Shown here in pieces: positions 10,373 through 22,619 of a DNA stretch of 64,000 nt. Origin of the DNA: an uncultured Acidobacteriota bacterium (GTDB lineage Bacteria; Acidobacteriota; Blastocatellia; RBC074); assembly GCA_963796275.1 (NCBI GenBank), contig CAWCKY010000001.1:512001-576000 (forward strand). Direction: 5' to 3'. Under the pieces are notes generated by a model that was not told where the DNA came from, ran no database searches, and was given only the letters and a program-made list of their open reading frames with translations. A program made the translations under genes and the position numbers. Within the stretch, counting starts at the first letter, position 1, and each line of letters opens with the position of its first letter.

Positions 10373-13300
10373 TCAAAAACTAAATCTCAGCCCGAATTGC
10401 AACTGCCTGGGGGCCGTGCCGCTGGCCAGGTTCGTCACCCTCCCGACATTGGGAGCGATTTGAGTCGCATTAGTATTGATGGTGAGGTTCGTTGGGGCAT
10501 CGTAGTTTTGGACATTGAACACATTGAACGCTTCGAAGCGCAATTGCAGGTTCCACCCTTCGCGCACCGGGAAGCTCTTGAACATCGAGAAATCCATATT
10601 GAAGGCGCGCGGTCCTCTGAACACATTGCGGCCCAGGTTTCCGAAGGTCCCGGTGGGGATAGCGAATGCGCACGCATTGAACCAACTGCTGGAAGTGCGC
10701 ACCTCATCGGCGGCGCGCCCGCCCTGTGAAACCGTTCTCTGGCAATTCGGGTCGGGGTTCGCGGCTACCGGGCCCGCCACAAACGGATCAGCGATCAAGT
10801 TAGGGCGAAGGTAGTTGCCCGGAGGATTCGGTGCGCTCCCACGCAGGTTCGCGAGGTCACCCGCAACCTGCAGAGTGTATGGCTGTCCCGATCGTGCCTG
10901 CAGGATGTAGTTCGCCTGCCAGTTGCCCAGAATCCATGAAGCCGGACCGCTCTGCAGCCATCGCTTCCCTCGCCCCGCCGGAAGCTCATAGACCGTGGCC
11001 CACGAGAAGAAGTGTGTGATGTCGTATGACGATACGCCCCGGGCTGTGCTCTGATCATAGAAGTTTTGAATGGTCGACCCTCCGCCCAGACCGTTTTCAA
11101 CGTTGAAATAGCCGCTGCTCACGTCGGTCGATTTACTCCAGGTATAGGAGACTAACGTCTGCAAGCCGTCCGCAAATCGCCGCTGGAACCTTGTCTGTAA
11201 TGCGTTGTAATTGGAATAGCCCGTGCTCAAAGTGTAATTGATGTTCGCATTCACCCATGGCATCGGCCGCAAAGCGTCTACCGAGTCATTGAACGCCGCA
11301 GTGCAGGCGGCATCGCCTGCCGCGCAGGGATTCCTCGAAGCCTGCCGCGCGGTATTGGCGAAACCGGAATAAGGCAGCCTTCCGTTCTTGCTTCCGACGT
11401 ATGCAGCTGATACCACCGTAGTCGGCGTCAGCTCACGCTGAAACTCGAGATGCCACTGCTGTGAGTAACCATCCTTGTAATTGGGATCATCGCCGAACGT
11501 ATTGAATGGAGACCATGGATCGGTCGTCGGCAATGGGTTGGCAAATCCCTGGCCCTGCAGTTGAATGATGTTGGACGGCGTGCCGTTCACGAAGGCGGCA
11601 GGAGTATTCGCCGCTCCCCCAAAAGCAGTCGCGTCAGGCCATACCGCCAGCTCCAGATCGTTCTGCGCGTATTGGCTGCTGCGCGGGGACTGCATCCCAG
11701 TAGAGCCCGTAGCCCGCCCGCAGGACCGTCCTCGGATTGATCGCCCACGCCAGACCAATGCGCGGCCCCCAGTTGTCCTTCACTGGTTGAGGCGCGAAGA
11801 ATTCTTTGCCCGCAACTACCACGTTGTTGAAGTGAGGATCCGTCAGAAATGCATCCGGGATGCAGGGAGCCTGACCAGCCGCGCTGCACAGCGGCGGCAT
11901 CTCCCGCGCCCCGATAATCCAGCGCTGATTCGGCAGATCGAGCGCGTTCCAGAGCCGCCCATCCAGCGTTTTCGGCTGGGTCAGGTAATCGTAGCGCAAG
12001 CCCAAACTCAGCGTCACGTTGGACCTCACCTTCCATTCGTCCTGCAAATACGCCGCCCACGCGGCATACTTGAATTGGACCGGACCGCCGTGTTCGATCG
12101 GCAATTGAGCCTGAAAGTCATTGGGCAGACCCAGCAGGGCAGAGGCCAGCGACAAGCCCGTCGGAGTCGAGGTTCCCGGGTTGCGAGTCTGTTCGTCACT
12201 GAAGTTGTAACGCTGAAAGGTATTCAACTGGATGCGCTTGGCCTCAATGTACCAGAAACCAGTCTTGATGTTGTGCCGGCCTTTCAGCCAGATCAGGTTC
12301 GGCGTGATGCTCCAGTTCGGGTTCCCGCGTGGCGCAGCGCCGCGCACGCCGAAATCGTTATTGCCGCCGTTGGTCCAGTTCGCCGTATGAGTCGCACCAG
12401 CAAACCACCGTATTTGTCGATGTCGCCGAAACCGAGTTGCTTCATAGGCTCTATCCCCGCTTCGTGCTGATTCGACTGGCCGGAGTCCTCGCCCGGCCTG
12501 CCGGCATATCCTGCGCGCACATCGAGGATGTGTCTCGGACTGAAACTGTGCGTCCAGCCGCCGCCGTAATTCCTGCCCGCCGAACTGCCCCCGGTCGATC
12601 CGGCCTGTCCGATCGGATTGATCACCGTCACCCGGTGCTCGGTATAGCGGAAGAAGATATTGTCGGCATCGTTGAAGCGGTGATCGACTCTCACCTGAAA
12701 ACTATTCGAGTCGTTGGTCGTCGGCCGCGTTTGAACGAAGTTGTTTGTTGCATCCCCCGTAAAATTGGGGGTTGCCGAGTAGGCCTGGAAGAACTGCTGC
12801 ATCGGCGCGAAGATCAGCTCCTGCGGAAGCTTGTTGCAGGGAATCCCGAGGGCCTGGTCTTGCTGCCTCTGCGCATTCACCGGCAGCGGATTCCCCACCG
12901 CATCGCACCTGAAACGGTCACGGGTGAACGAAGCACCAACCCGCCTGGTGGAATATGGATTGTAAATGTCCCGGCGAATGCTCGAATTGGTGAAGTCTCC
13001 AGCTATCTCGGCGGCCGTCGGCACATAGGACAGGTTCAGGCTGGGCTGACTGTAGCGCCATCCGTCATAGCCGGCGGAGAAGAATGTTCGGTTCTTGACG
13101 ATCGGGCCGCTTACGACTGCGCCGAACTGGTTCTGGCGGAACGGCACGGGGCTGTCCGGCACAAGCTGGCCGAGTCGGCACCTCGCCGATGTACAGACAT
13201 CGAGGCCATTCCGCGCGTCGAACGCGTCGTTGCGCACATACTCGAAGGCCGCGCCGTGTATGCCATTGCCCCCGGACTTCGAGACCATGTTCATGATGCC

Positions 13301-14041
13301 GCCGGTGGCGCCGCCGAATTCGGACTTGGCGTCATGACCGACGACTTTGAACTCCTGAACCAGGTCGATGTTCGGAATTACGATGTATGTGGGCCCGCGG
13401 ATATTGGTGTTGATGATGCCGTCGAAAAAGTAGAGCTTCGAGCGGTTCTGCTGGCCGTGGAATGAAGGATCGGAAAAACCCGATCCGGGAATCCCGATAT
13501 TCCCCTCGACCCCGCCTACGTTTCTATTCTGTGAAGTGGAGACCGGAGTCACCCCGGGCGTGAGCGTCAGGAGCTGCGTGAAGTTCCTGCCATTCAGCGG
13601 CAGGTCCTGGACTACCCGCTCCTGAATCACGGTGCCCAGCTCGGACGAAGATTGCTGCACCAGCTCTCCCTCCGATGACACTTCCACAGTCTGGTTAACA
13701 TCGCCTACTGCCAACGGAACATTGCGTGTTACTGTCTGGTTGACCCCGACATCGAAATTAGGTACCTGTGCAGTTTTGAACCCCTGGGCTTCGACCCTGA
13801 GCACATACGTCCCGGGCCTGACATTGACGAGCGTAAAGAAGCCGCTCTCATTGGTTACCACCTGCGTTTCGATCTGTGTCGCCTGATTGACCAGTTTTAC
13901 GACCGCAGCCGGGACTCCCGCTCCCGCCTGATCGGCGACTGTTCCATTGACCTCGCCCGTAGCTGTCTGCGCGAAGCACTCCAACCCCCATCCAATAAGC
14001 GCTACCAACATCAATGACGATATCGCTCTCAATAGAATCAT
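10373..14041 (-). CDS. Oar-type TonB-dependent receptor with two single-base frameshifts (~12388 and 11680)
   Basis: Three consecutive ORFs join into one receptor: DLPLNGRNF, RNDAFDARN, YLQDEWKV, DNWGPRIGLAW, ending PRQLQFGLRFSF. Confidence 0.85.
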
Positions 14042-14159
14042 AATTCCACCTTTGACTCTCCCCAGCCGATTCTCAATACACCTCTACCAACGCCCCATCC
14101 ACAGTTCCCAGCTAACTTCGATAATCGCTTTACCGGCCTTTCCACCGGCCTCACAGATC

Positions 14160-14176
14160 GATTGGTAATACCAATC
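14160..14176. promoter_or_regulatory. FadR/GntR-family operator palindrome GATTGGTAATACCAATC
   Basis: 17-bp near-perfect palindrome of the TTGGT-N3-ACCAA type, just downstream of the leftward promoter. Confidence 0.7.
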
Positions 14177-14193
14177 ATGCTTGCTAAATTCGG

Positions 14194-14222
14194 CTTATAC
14201 TACCAATCTCACTTCGTGTCAA
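14194..14222 (-). promoter_or_regulatory. Sigma70-type promoter for the receptor operon (TTGACA-N17-TATAAG)
   Basis: Reverse complements of tgtcaa (14217-14222) and cttata (14194-14199). Confidence 0.6.
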
Positions 14223-14296
14223 GATACATCTTCACAAATCCAGCTTCACCATGCAGCAAAGTGGTTGCCAGATCTGAATAGCGCGCCTAGGAGCGA

Positions 14297-14326
14297 TTGA
14301 CAGTAAATTCGGGAGCGTGCTAAAAC
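14297..14326 (+). promoter_or_regulatory. Sigma70-type promoter for the fuconate dehydratase gene (TTGACA-N18-TAAAAC with extended TG)
   Basis: Direct match to consensus elements. Confidence 0.5.
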
Positions 14327-14354
14327 CATTGGATGATAATGGCTTAATATAGCT

Positions 14355-14371
14355 GATTGGTAAGACCATTC
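14355..14371. promoter_or_regulatory. Second FadR-type operator GATTGGTAAGACCATTC
   Basis: Close to the 14160 site and to the PdhR-type box; lies downstream of the rightward promoter. Confidence 0.6.
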
Positions 14372-14451
14372 AAGCCTGCCGGGATGTTAAAGGTACATCT
14401 TGATGTGCGAATTCGCTTCCTGGTTGAACGGAAAACTTAATGGAATAAAAG

Positions 14452-15816
14452 ATGAAAATCACCGAAATCGTCCCCCTTGATTTGCGCTTCCCTACGTCTC
14501 GATCGCGAGCGGGGTCAGATGCAATGAATCCCGATCCCGATTACTCGGCCGCTTACGTAATTCTGCGAACCGACAGTCCGCAGGGTTTGGAGGGCCATGG
14601 CCTGACATTCACCATCGGACGTGGCAATGAGTTGTGTGTCGCAGCGATCAAGGCGTTAGCGCCGCTCATATTGGGCCAGCGGCTAGAGGAGCTGGCTGCT
14701 GATCCGGGGGCATTTTGGAGCCGTCTGACGGGAGACAGCCAGTTGCGCTGGATCGGTCCGGAGAAAGGCGTCATTCACCTGGCGACGGCAGCGGTTGTCA
14801 ATGCGGTCTGGGATCTGTACGCCAAATCGGAGGGGAAACCGCTCTGGAAGCTTCTGGTAGACATGCCGCCGGAGCAGCTTGTTTCAGCGATCCCATTCGA
14901 GTATCTGGAGGATGCCATCACCCCCCAGGAAGCGCTCGATTTACTGCAGCGCAATGGGCCGGCGCGTTCCGTGCGCGAAGCCGAGCTCATCAGACGCGGC
15001 TTCCCCGCATATATCACTTCAGCCGGATGGATGGGCTATTCGGACGATCGGGTTCGCAGCCTTTTGTACGATGCTCTTGCGCAGGGATGGACGCATTTCA
15101 AGATGAAAGTGGGTCGCAATCTACAAGAAGACTGCCGGCGCGCCGCCCTCATTCGTGAGGTGATCGGCTGGGATCGAAAATTGATGATGGACGCCAATCA
15201 GGTCTGGAATGTGCCGCAGGCGATCGCGTACATGAGCGAGCTGAAACGATACGCGCCTCATTGGATCGAGGAGCCGACCAGCCCGGATGACGTGCTCGGG
15301 CATGCAGCCATCGCGAGAGCCATAGCCCCGATCGGCGTGGCGACCGGGGAGCACTGCCACAACCGCATAATGTTCAAACAGTTCCTGCAGGCAAATGCCA
15401 TGAGCTTCTGTCAGATCGACAGTTGCCGCCTGGGCGGAGTCAATGAGGCGCTGGCCGTTATCTTGCTGGCGGCGAAGTTCGGCGTTCCGATCTGCCCGCA
15501 CGCGGGAGGAGTCGGGCTATGCGAGTATGTGCAGCACCTTTCGATCTTTGATTACATCTGCGTGAGCGCATCGCTTGAGGCGCGGATGCTCGAGTACGTC
15601 GATCATCTACACGAGCACTTCATCGATCCGGTGGTGATTCGCGACGGCAATTACCTGGTGCCGCAGGCCCCCGGTTACAGCATCACAATGAAACCGGAAT
15701 CGCTCGACTATTACGAATTCCCCAACGGAGGGGCCTGGGCAGAGCAAGGTGTCGATGGGAAGGCCAGACATCCTGGGCTTGAGTCTATTGCACAGGACCT
15801 GGAGAGATTTGTCTGA
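14452..15816 (+). CDS. fucD: L-fuconate dehydratase (enolase superfamily, ENOSF1-like)
   Basis: Motifs RFPTS..GSDAMNPDPDYSAAYV, QLRWIGPEKGVIHLA, KMKVG, DANQ, WIEEPTSPDD, CPHAGGVGLCEYVQH. Confidence 0.9.
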   Translation: MKITEIVPLDLRFPTSRSRAGSDAMNPDPDYSAAYVILRTDSPQGLEGHGLTFTIGRGNELCVAAIKALAPLILGQRLEELAADPGAFWSRLTGDSQLRWIGPEKGVIHLATAAVVNAVWDLYAKSEGKPLWKLLVDMPPEQLVSAIPFEYLEDAITPQEALDLLQRNGPARSVREAELIRRGFPAYITSAGWMGYSDDRVRSLLYDALAQGWTHFKMKVGRNLQEDCRRAALIREVIGWDRKLMMDANQVWNVPQAIAYMSELKRYAPHWIEEPTSPDDVLGHAAIARAIAPIGVATGEHCHNRIMFKQFLQANAMSFCQIDSCRLGGVNEALAVILLAAKFGVPICPHAGGVGLCEYVQHLSIFDYICVSASLEARMLEYVDHLHEHFIDPVVIRDGNYLVPQAPGYSITMKPESLDYYEFPNGGAWAEQGVDGKARHPGLESIAQDLERFV

Positions 15817-16059
15817 GACAATTACAGCATGTTCAAAATGCACCTCAGCTGATATATCGCATTTTGTTCCTTATAACCCTCGTTCTAATTGCTCATTCTT
15901 AAACTATTTGTACAATTAAAACCTGGGATGGTCATCGATTCTGAGAGCCTTTCAACATTCCAGTGTCAATAGTAATATCAGAAAGGAAGAGAACTGAGTG
16001 GTGAACAGATTTTGCAGTCGCTCTATAGCCACTGACACCACCGAACGCTTGATTCGGAA

Positions 16060-16749
16060 ATGAAGTTATTATGCATTTGGGTCATCGTGTTGATGCTCCC
16101 CTTCCGTTTTCCGCACGCTCAGGCACAGACGCCGTTGCTGCCCCCCCGCGAGGATCGGCAATTTTGGGGTGAGACTCAGATCACCAAGCCGCTAACAGAC
16201 GATAAAGACCTTATCATTATCGGTGTACTGCGCTTCGGGCGCGAAGTGCATCGTCCGGTCGATGAACGCATCGGTGGCGGCGTCGCATTCAAGATGAATA
16301 AGTATGTGACGCTGATGCCGACCTATTTGTATGTAGATCAACAACCGTTTGAAGGAAGTCGCATCAGGGAACACCGCCTGATTTTCAATTTAACCGGGAA
16401 AATAGGGCTGGGCAACTTCACCTTCACTGATCGCAATCTGCTCGAACGCCGTGTGCGCCACGGGACCCCGGATTTCACAGTATATCGAAATCGATTGCAG
16501 GTCGATCATCCGGCACGCATCGGCACATTCCAGTTCAAGCCATTTCTGGCAGGCGAGATTTTCCATTCTACCCAAGCTGGGGCCGATGGTTCGCAGGGAT
16601 GGTTCCGAAAGCGTTATTCGGCAGGAATCATGAGACAGTTCAGCAAGCGCTTCAACGCAGAGGTTTTCTATCTTTATCAGCAAGATAGTATCAGTCGCCC
16701 GGGCAATATACACGCCGTTGGAACGCTCTTCCGCGTTTACCTTAATTGA
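16060..16749 (+). CDS. DUF2490-like outer-membrane beta-barrel protein
   Basis: Signal peptide; EHRL, DRNLLERR, YRNRL motifs; alternating strand pattern. Confidence 0.7.
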   Translation: MKLLCIWVIVLMLPFRFPHAQAQTPLLPPREDRQFWGETQITKPLTDDKDLIIIGVLRFGREVHRPVDERIGGGVAFKMNKYVTLMPTYLYVDQQPFEGSRIREHRLIFNLTGKIGLGNFTFTDRNLLERRVRHGTPDFTVYRNRLQVDHPARIGTFQFKPFLAGEIFHSTQAGADGSQGWFRKRYSAGIMRQFSKRFNAEVFYLYQQDSISRPGNIHAVGTLFRVYLN

Positions 16750-16906
16750 AATGCAATCTTGCCGCGCTCTGACAAGTTAAATCTAGAATAAACGGCAATT
16801 GGCAAAGGAGCCGTATGTCCCCAATAAAGGACAGATGGCCGAATGATATCTTGATCTGGTGGATATCGGTGAAGATGCAACCACGTCATCCCGCGTAGGG
16901 GCAGAG

Positions 16907-17383
16907 CTATGTGTACCTGTGTAAGGCGAGCACCTCAATATCATCGCCATTCCGCACCATTCCGCCCTTCACAATTATCCCGAGTTGCCCGCAGTGGCCG
17001 TAGAGCTTTTTAGGCAGCCGATTATCGATCTTCGTTATATTGCGGCACGGCTTGCGCGCCTCGACGATCTCTATCACTGTTTCTCCAACCCGGAGCTGCG
17101 CGCCTGGTTGGAGCGAGTCGAGCGGGATGGCTTCCGTCAATAAATTGGTGCTCAGCTCCTCTGGAGCAATTATGAAACCTTCCGATTCCATTTGGCGCAT
17201 GACTTCTATCGAGAAGAGGCTCACCTGCCGTTCGGGATCGCGCCCGGCGTGGCTGTCTCCCTTCAAGCCGTGGCCAGCGATAAGCTCGGCTGAATCGACG
17301 AATCTCTTCTTTTCGCCTTTCTGGTCGCCAATGTAGATGCCTTTGACTTTTCCATCAAGAGATTTCATTTCAATAATCTGCAA
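16907..17383 (-). CDS. MOSC domain protein
   Basis: Motifs [30 protein letters not shown]. Confidence 0.85.
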   Translation of the reverse strand: MQIIEMKSLDGKVKGIYIGDQKGEKKRFVDSAELIAGHGLKGDSHAGRDPERQVSLFSIEVMRQMESEGFIIAPEELSTNLLTEAIPLDSLQPGAQLRVGETVIEIVEARKPCRNITKIDNRLPKKLYGHCGQLGIIVKGGMVRNGDDIEVLALHRYT

Positions 17384-19487
17384 GCCCCTCGATCGCTTTC
17401 AACACATCGCTGACCTGCGGCAATGTGGCATCTTCAACATCGGGCGCGTATGAGACGAAGCAATCGAGAGCGCCGACGCGCCTGACCGGCGCATCGAGAT
17501 ATTCGAACAATTCATTGGCGATGCGCGCCGCGATCTCCGCACCATAGCCCCACGAGATCGAATCTTCGTGAACAACCACCACCCGGCTGGTCTTTTTCAC
17601 GCTCTTCTCGATCGCATTCCAGTCATACGGACTGAGGCTGCGCAGATCGATCACTTCGGCATCGATGCCTTCCTCAGCCGCTTGTTTGGCGGCAACCAGC
17701 GAGCGGTGCACGAGCGCCCCGTAGGTGACGATCGTCAGGTCCGTTCCCTCACGGACGACCTTCGCTTTACCGAAGGGAATCATAAAATCGTCGCCCGGAT
17801 AACGGCTCTTATTATAAGCCTGGCGATAGAGATGTTTATGCTCTAAAAACAGGACCGGGTCATCGCACCGGATCGCCGTCCTCAGCAGGCCGTTGGCGTC
17901 GAGCGCGGTGGCAGGCATAACGACGCGCCAGCCCGGAATCGAGGTGAACGTCGCGACGCCCGATTGGCTGTGATAGATGGCTCCGCCTCTCAGATACCCG
18001 CCGACCGGAACGCGCACGACCATCGGGCATTTCCAACTGTTGTTCGAACGCCAGCGAAGCAACGCCACTTCATTGCGGAGCTGCATAAAAGCCGGCCAGA
18101 TGTAATCGAAGAACTGGATCTCGGTCACCGGTTTCAATCCGCGTGCCCCCATCCCAAGTGCCCGGCCGATGATGCTCGCCTCGGCGAGCGGCGTGTTATA
18201 GACGCGATCACTCCCGAATTCGCGCTGCAGGTTGGCGGTCACCTTAAAGACGCCCCCTTTGCCTTTCACGCGGTCGAGATATTCAGTTCGGCTCACGTCA
18301 GCCACATCTTCGCCCAGCACGACGATGCGCGGCTCGCGCGCCATCTCCTCGTGAAGGCAGCGGTTGATCAGATCAACCATAGTGCCTTCGTTTCCGCTCA
18401 ATACTGCCTGGTCTTCCGTATCGAAGGCGGAAGATGTCGGATCGATGTCGGGCGAATATATATATAGGGTCGCCGATTCTCTGGACGGTTGCGGAATAGC
18501 CATGGCGCGGTCTGCCGCTTCGTTGATCTCCTGTTCGGCATCGTTCCTCACCTTTTCCAGCCCCTCCTGAGTGATGATGCCTTCGCTGACCAGGAACTCG
18601 CCCAACTTCTTGATCGGGTCGCGCGCCGCATCTCTCTCTCGCTCTTCTGCAGGCCGGTATAGTTTTTCGTCATCCGATTGCGAATGAGAATAAGGTCGAA
18701 TGACGTGAGCGTGGATAAGTGCGGGACCGCGGCGCGCCCGACAGTATTCGAATGCTCTCTTCATCGCCTCATAACTCTCGAGCAGGTCTGTGCCGTCGCA
18801 TTCCTCAAGATAAAGATCGGGGAAGCCTCTGACGAGTTGCGAGATGCTTCCGCCAGCCGTCTGTACCTCGACCGGGACCGAAATGGCATAACCGTTGTCT
18901 TCGATGAGATAGAGAAGCGGCAGTTTGAGTAGGCAGGCGGCATTGAGCGATTCGAAGAATTCGCCCTCGCTCGTCGCTCCGTCCCCCGCTGAAACGTAGA
19001 CAACCTCATCCTCCTTGAATCGCGAGGCGCGGTCTTCGATCTCCTTTATCAGCGAATAACGGTAGCCGGCCTCAGCCGTGCCGACGGCCTGCAGGAACTG
19101 CGTGCCCGTGCAGGAAGAGCGCGAGACTATATGGAGTTCCGGAGAGCTCCAGTGCGAGGGCATCTGGCGCGAACCCGAAAGAGGGTCGTCTTTGGCCGCA
19201 ACGGCCCCGAGCAGATGATCATAAGGTGTCATGCCCAATTGCAGTGTAAGTGCGCGGTCCCGATAGTACCCGTAGAACCAATCGTAACCAGGCCGTAAAA
19301 CCAGACCTGCCGCCACTACAACAGCTTCGTGCCCCGCACCGTTGATCTGAAAATATGTGCGGTTCTGACGCTTGAGTAGAAGTTCCTTGTCATCAAGCCT
19401 GCGCGAGGTGTACATCGTGCGGTATGCCTTGATGAGAGTCGCCGGGGCGAGCGTATATCGGTGTGCAAGCGATAGTTCAGATACCAT
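17370..19487 (-). CDS. 2-oxo-acid (2-oxoisovalerate-type) dehydrogenase E1, fused alpha/beta
   Basis: TPP motif [14 protein letters not shown], then beta-subunit motifs [22 protein letters not shown]. Confidence 0.9.
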   Translation of the reverse strand: MVSELSLAHRYTLAPATLIKAYRTMYTSRRLDDKELLLKRQNRTYFQINGAGHEAVVVAAGLVLRPGYDWFYGYYRDRALTLQLGMTPYDHLLGAVAAKDDPLSGSRQMPSHWSSPELHIVSRSSCTGTQFLQAVGTAEAGYRYSLIKEIEDRASRFKEDEVVYVSAGDGATSEGEFFESLNAACLLKLPLLYLIEDNGYAISVPVEVQTAGGSISQLVRGFPDLYLEECDGTDLLESYEAMKRAFEYCRARRGPALIHAHVIRPYSHSQSDDEKLYRPAEERERDAARDPIKKLGEFLVSEGIITQEGLEKVRNDAEQEINEAADRAMAIPQPSRESATLYIYSPDIDPTSSAFDTEDQAVLSGNEGTMVDLINRCLHEEMAREPRIVVLGEDVADVSRTEYLDRVKGKGGVFKVTANLQREFGSDRVYNTPLAEASIIGRALGMGARGLKPVTEIQFFDYIWPAFMQLRNEVALLRWRSNNSWKCPMVVRVPVGGYLRGGAIYHSQSGVATFTSIPGWRVVMPATALDANGLLRTAIRCDDPVLFLEHKHLYRQAYNKSRYPGDDFMIPFGKAKVVREGTDLTIVTYGALVHRSLVAAKQAAEEGIDAEVIDLRSLSPYDWNAIEKSVKKTSRVVVVHEDSISWGYGAEIAARIANELFEYLDAPVRRVGALDCFVSYAPDVEDATLPQVSDVLKAIEGLADY

Positions 19488-19680
19488 GTTTCCTGTGTCT
19501 CCTTAAGCTGGCCTATAGACTCGTATTCTGTGGCCCCGTCCTGCATGGGGAAAGGTTAAGTCTCTAATGCCTCCGTATTATCTTGAGCGGTGGATACTCA
19601 AGTCTATACAAGCGCGGCAATATTGTGCAAGCCACTGTGGTATTGCAATAATTTGCCAATTGGTATTACAAAATCACTAT

Positions 19681-19971
19681 ATGAAATTGAATGAAACTCA
19701 AATTAATCAATCTCTATCTCAAATTGGAGAATGGCGTCGCGACGGAAATATGCTGGTTCGCGATTTCAAATTCGAGAACTTCAAACGTGCGATCGATTTC
19801 GTCAATCGTATCGCGGATGAGGCTGAAGCGTTGGACCATCACCCCGATATTTTACTTCACGGGTGGAACAACGTTCGCCTGAGCGTGACGACGCACAGCG
19901 AAGGCGGGTTAACGGAGAAGGATTTCGACCTGGCAACCAGAATCAACCGTGTGCCGATGGCGAATTCATAA
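19681..19971 (+). CDS. phhB: Pterin-4-alpha-carbinolamine dehydratase
   Basis: AEALDHHPD..TTHSEGGLTEKDFDLA; ATG at 19681. Confidence 0.9.
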   Translation: MKLNETQINQSLSQIGEWRRDGNMLVRDFKFENFKRAIDFVNRIADEAEALDHHPDILLHGWNNVRLSVTTHSEGGLTEKDFDLATRINRVPMANS

Positions 19972-20022
19972 CTCCGCAATCCACCAACCGCGGTTGACAG
20001 TGCACCAATTGATAGGAATGAC

Positions 20023-20577
20023 ATGCAAGAGACGTTGAATCCGCTCAGTGTACTTAGTGCGATGATCACGCCGGCAGTCTTGATATCAGCGTGCGGGACG
20101 CTGGTATTTTCGACCTCGACCAGGCTCTCCCGCGTCGTCGATCGGGTGCGCGAGCTGGGTCGAATTATCGAAAGCCTCTCTGCCTCTGATAAGCCGGAAT
20201 TTATCGAAGAGCGTCTATCCGAGATAGAGCGGCAATTGGTGATCAATACGCGTCGCAGCGGTTACATTCAACACGCTCTCACGAGTTTTTATATCTCGCT
20301 CGGCCTTCTGGTAGCATCGACGGTTGCCATCGCATTCGTCTCACTGCTCCGCTTTTCAATGTGGTTTCCCAATATTCTGGGAATTATGGGGACGATAACC
20401 CTTTTCTATGGGTGCATCGCGCTAATCGCTGAAGCCCACCTGGCGCTGCGCTCGGTCCGGTCGGAGATGCAATTCACGATTATGCTGAACAATAAATACC
20501 GGCAACATCGACTCATAAGAAATCCAGGAAATGCCGAGAGCGCAGAGGCCGGGCAGAGTGGGACTGGTAGGACTTAG
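20023..20577 (+). CDS. DUF2721-family membrane protein
   Basis: ITPAVLISACG..TSTRLSRVVDRVR; three hydrophobic segments. Confidence 0.75.
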   Translation: MQETLNPLSVLSAMITPAVLISACGTLVFSTSTRLSRVVDRVRELGRIIESLSASDKPEFIEERLSEIERQLVINTRRSGYIQHALTSFYISLGLLVASTVAIAFVSLLRFSMWFPNILGIMGTITLFYGCIALIAEAHLALRSVRSEMQFTIMLNNKYRQHRLIRNPGNAESAEAGQSGTGRT

Positions 20578-20769
20578 CGTGACCACTAAGACCATTCTAT
20601 GATGTTGAACGGGATATGGAGTTTTTCAAGTTTTCCCTTTATCGACTGAGTCTTGAAAATCATCGAGCCTGACAGTTTCCCGAGGAGTTGTCTATGCCGG
20701 GGCGCCAATGCTATCTTATTCCTTAACGTAGCATGTCATCATTATCATATTTATTATGAAAGGTAAGTC

Positions 20770-21706
20770 ATGGAGCTCATCACGCCCGCCGAATCGGCGG
20801 CGGCGCATTCAACGGGAGTCGCGGCGGAGCTATCCTCCAAAAGGCTAGGCTTCGGCGAAAGACTGTCCGCATATCTCGATCTAACGAAACCTCGAATCAC
20901 ATTTCTAGTAGTCCTCTCCGCATTGGCAGGTTTTGCGTTGGGTTCTCCGTCATCGCTCGATTGGCAGGTGTTCGCTCATACGGCATTCGGAATCGCCTTG
21001 CTCTCGAGCGGCATCGGAACGCTCAATCAATATATGGAGAGGCGGCTGGACTCATTGATGCAGCGCACGAAGAGCCGGCCGTTGCCGATGGGGAAATTGC
21101 CGCACAGACACGCATTATGGTTTGGCATCGCGATTTCGGTTTATGCGGAAATTCACCTCGCCTGGTTCGTCAACGCGATGACCGCCGTCCTGGGACTGGT
21201 CGCGCTCACGAGTTATCTTTTTCTCTATACCCCGCTCAAAACTCGCACGCACTGGTGCACCTTCGTCGGGGCGTTCCCCGGGGCGCTCCCGCCCCTGCTC
21301 GGATGGGCGGCCGCACGTAATGGGCTTGGCATTGAGGCCCTGGTATTGTTCGGGATAATGTTTCTCTGGCAATTTCCCCATTTCCATGCGATCGTCCATG
21401 ATGTACCGGGATGATTACGCGCGCGCTGGCATCCGTATGCTCCCGGTCGTCGAGCCCGACGGAAGATCGACTGCGCGGCAGATCGCCGGTTACACGCTCG
21501 CTCTGGTATTCGTGAGTTTGTTGCCCGCTTATTTCAACTTTTCCGGCTGGATGTATCTGGCAGGAGCGATCGTTCTCGGTGCGGCATTTCTCTATGTCAG
21601 CCTGATAACCGCGCGGAAGATGACGTATGATCATTCCAGGCTATTGCTCAAGGCGTCGGTATTGTACTTGCCCTTATTGCTGGGATTGATGGTTATGAAC
21701 CGATAA
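20770..21706 (+). CDS. cyoE: Protoheme IX farnesyltransferase (heme O synthase); +1 frameshift at 21395
   Basis: LTKPRI, NQYMERRLDSLMQRTKSRPLP, WQFPHFHAI, then MYRDDYARAGIRMLPV in the next frame; removing T21395 restores it. Confidence 0.9.
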
Positions 21707-21725
21707 TTTTTCTTTACCGTTAAGT

Positions 21726-22568
21726 TTATCCGGCTGGCTCTGTGAGGTCGCGATATCCGCCGCTGTGCCACTCGTCGAGTTCTTTCGCACGCAAAATCGG
21801 GAACGGATGTGTGCGATATGTCGTCAGTAAAACCTTATATGCCTTATTTAGAAGGGAAAAGTCCGCGTCCTCATATGCGCGGATCTGTTTGATGAATTCT
21901 GTCCGATCCATCTCCGCATAAAGTCTGCTCGCGCCGCCCGCTAGTTTCATAAAAGTGCGGATGCAGGGGTCCAGGTCTTGGATGCAGAGTAATCCCGCGC
22001 GATCTCCGGTCAGTTCCGCTTTGCGATACCAGTCGAGCAAAGCGATGACCAGACTTTGACCGAGGAGCGAACCTATTCCTAATGTCGCTTGCCCGATGAG
22101 GGCGATGATTTCGGCAATGTTGCGTGCTATGACCGTGTAGAGAACGTGACCTGCTTTTATATGGCCGAGTTCATGCCCGATCACGAAAAATCGCTCTTCA
22201 TCATCGAGCATATCGACCAATCCTGATGTCAGCGTGATGAATGGACGCGTATGGCCGTAAGTGAAGGCATTGGGAACGGGATCGACGGCAATATAGAGTT
22301 CGGGCTCTTCGATGTTAAGTATTTTGCATCCCCAGCCAAGACTACGATAAAGCCGGGGGAATTGCCGCTCCGTCACACGTACGTTCGACGCAGTGTTGTT
22401 GAGGTAAAAAATACGCTCAAGCCCATACTCCATGATCTTGCTGACCACCAGATCTATGCCGGGTACGGACTTGAGCGTCTCCGTAGCGCTTGCATCCCAG
22501 GGATGCTGAAAATCTTTCGCCTCCAGGTTCGCAAAGGTACGAAGCCGCTTCTTTTTCGTTTCGCTCAT
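21726..22568 (-). CDS. M48-family (HtpX-like) zinc metallopeptidase
   Basis: Motifs PNAFTYG, GHELGH, AELTGDRAG, THP. Confidence 0.85.
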   Translation of the reverse strand: MSETKKKRLRTFANLEAKDFQHPWDASATETLKSVPGIDLVVSKIMEYGLERIFYLNNTASNVRVTERQFPRLYRSLGWGCKILNIEEPELYIAVDPVPNAFTYGHTRPFITLTSGLVDMLDDEERFFVIGHELGHIKAGHVLYTVIARNIAEIIALIGQATLGIGSLLGQSLVIALLDWYRKAELTGDRAGLLCIQDLDPCIRTFMKLAGGASRLYAEMDRTEFIKQIRAYEDADFSLLNKAYKVLLTTYRTHPFPILRAKELDEWHSGGYRDLTEPAG

Positions 22569-22619
22569 GGGCCAACCTCGGGCCGTAACTTATCACGAGC
22601 GATATAAAAGCGAAAGACG

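Noticed and set aside
4451-13465. Long antisense ORFs such as 4451..5254, 11565..12470 and 12329..13465 (also 27068..28003 and 40508..41389)
   Set aside because: Shadow ORFs caused by GC-biased codon usage of the real genes on the opposite strand.
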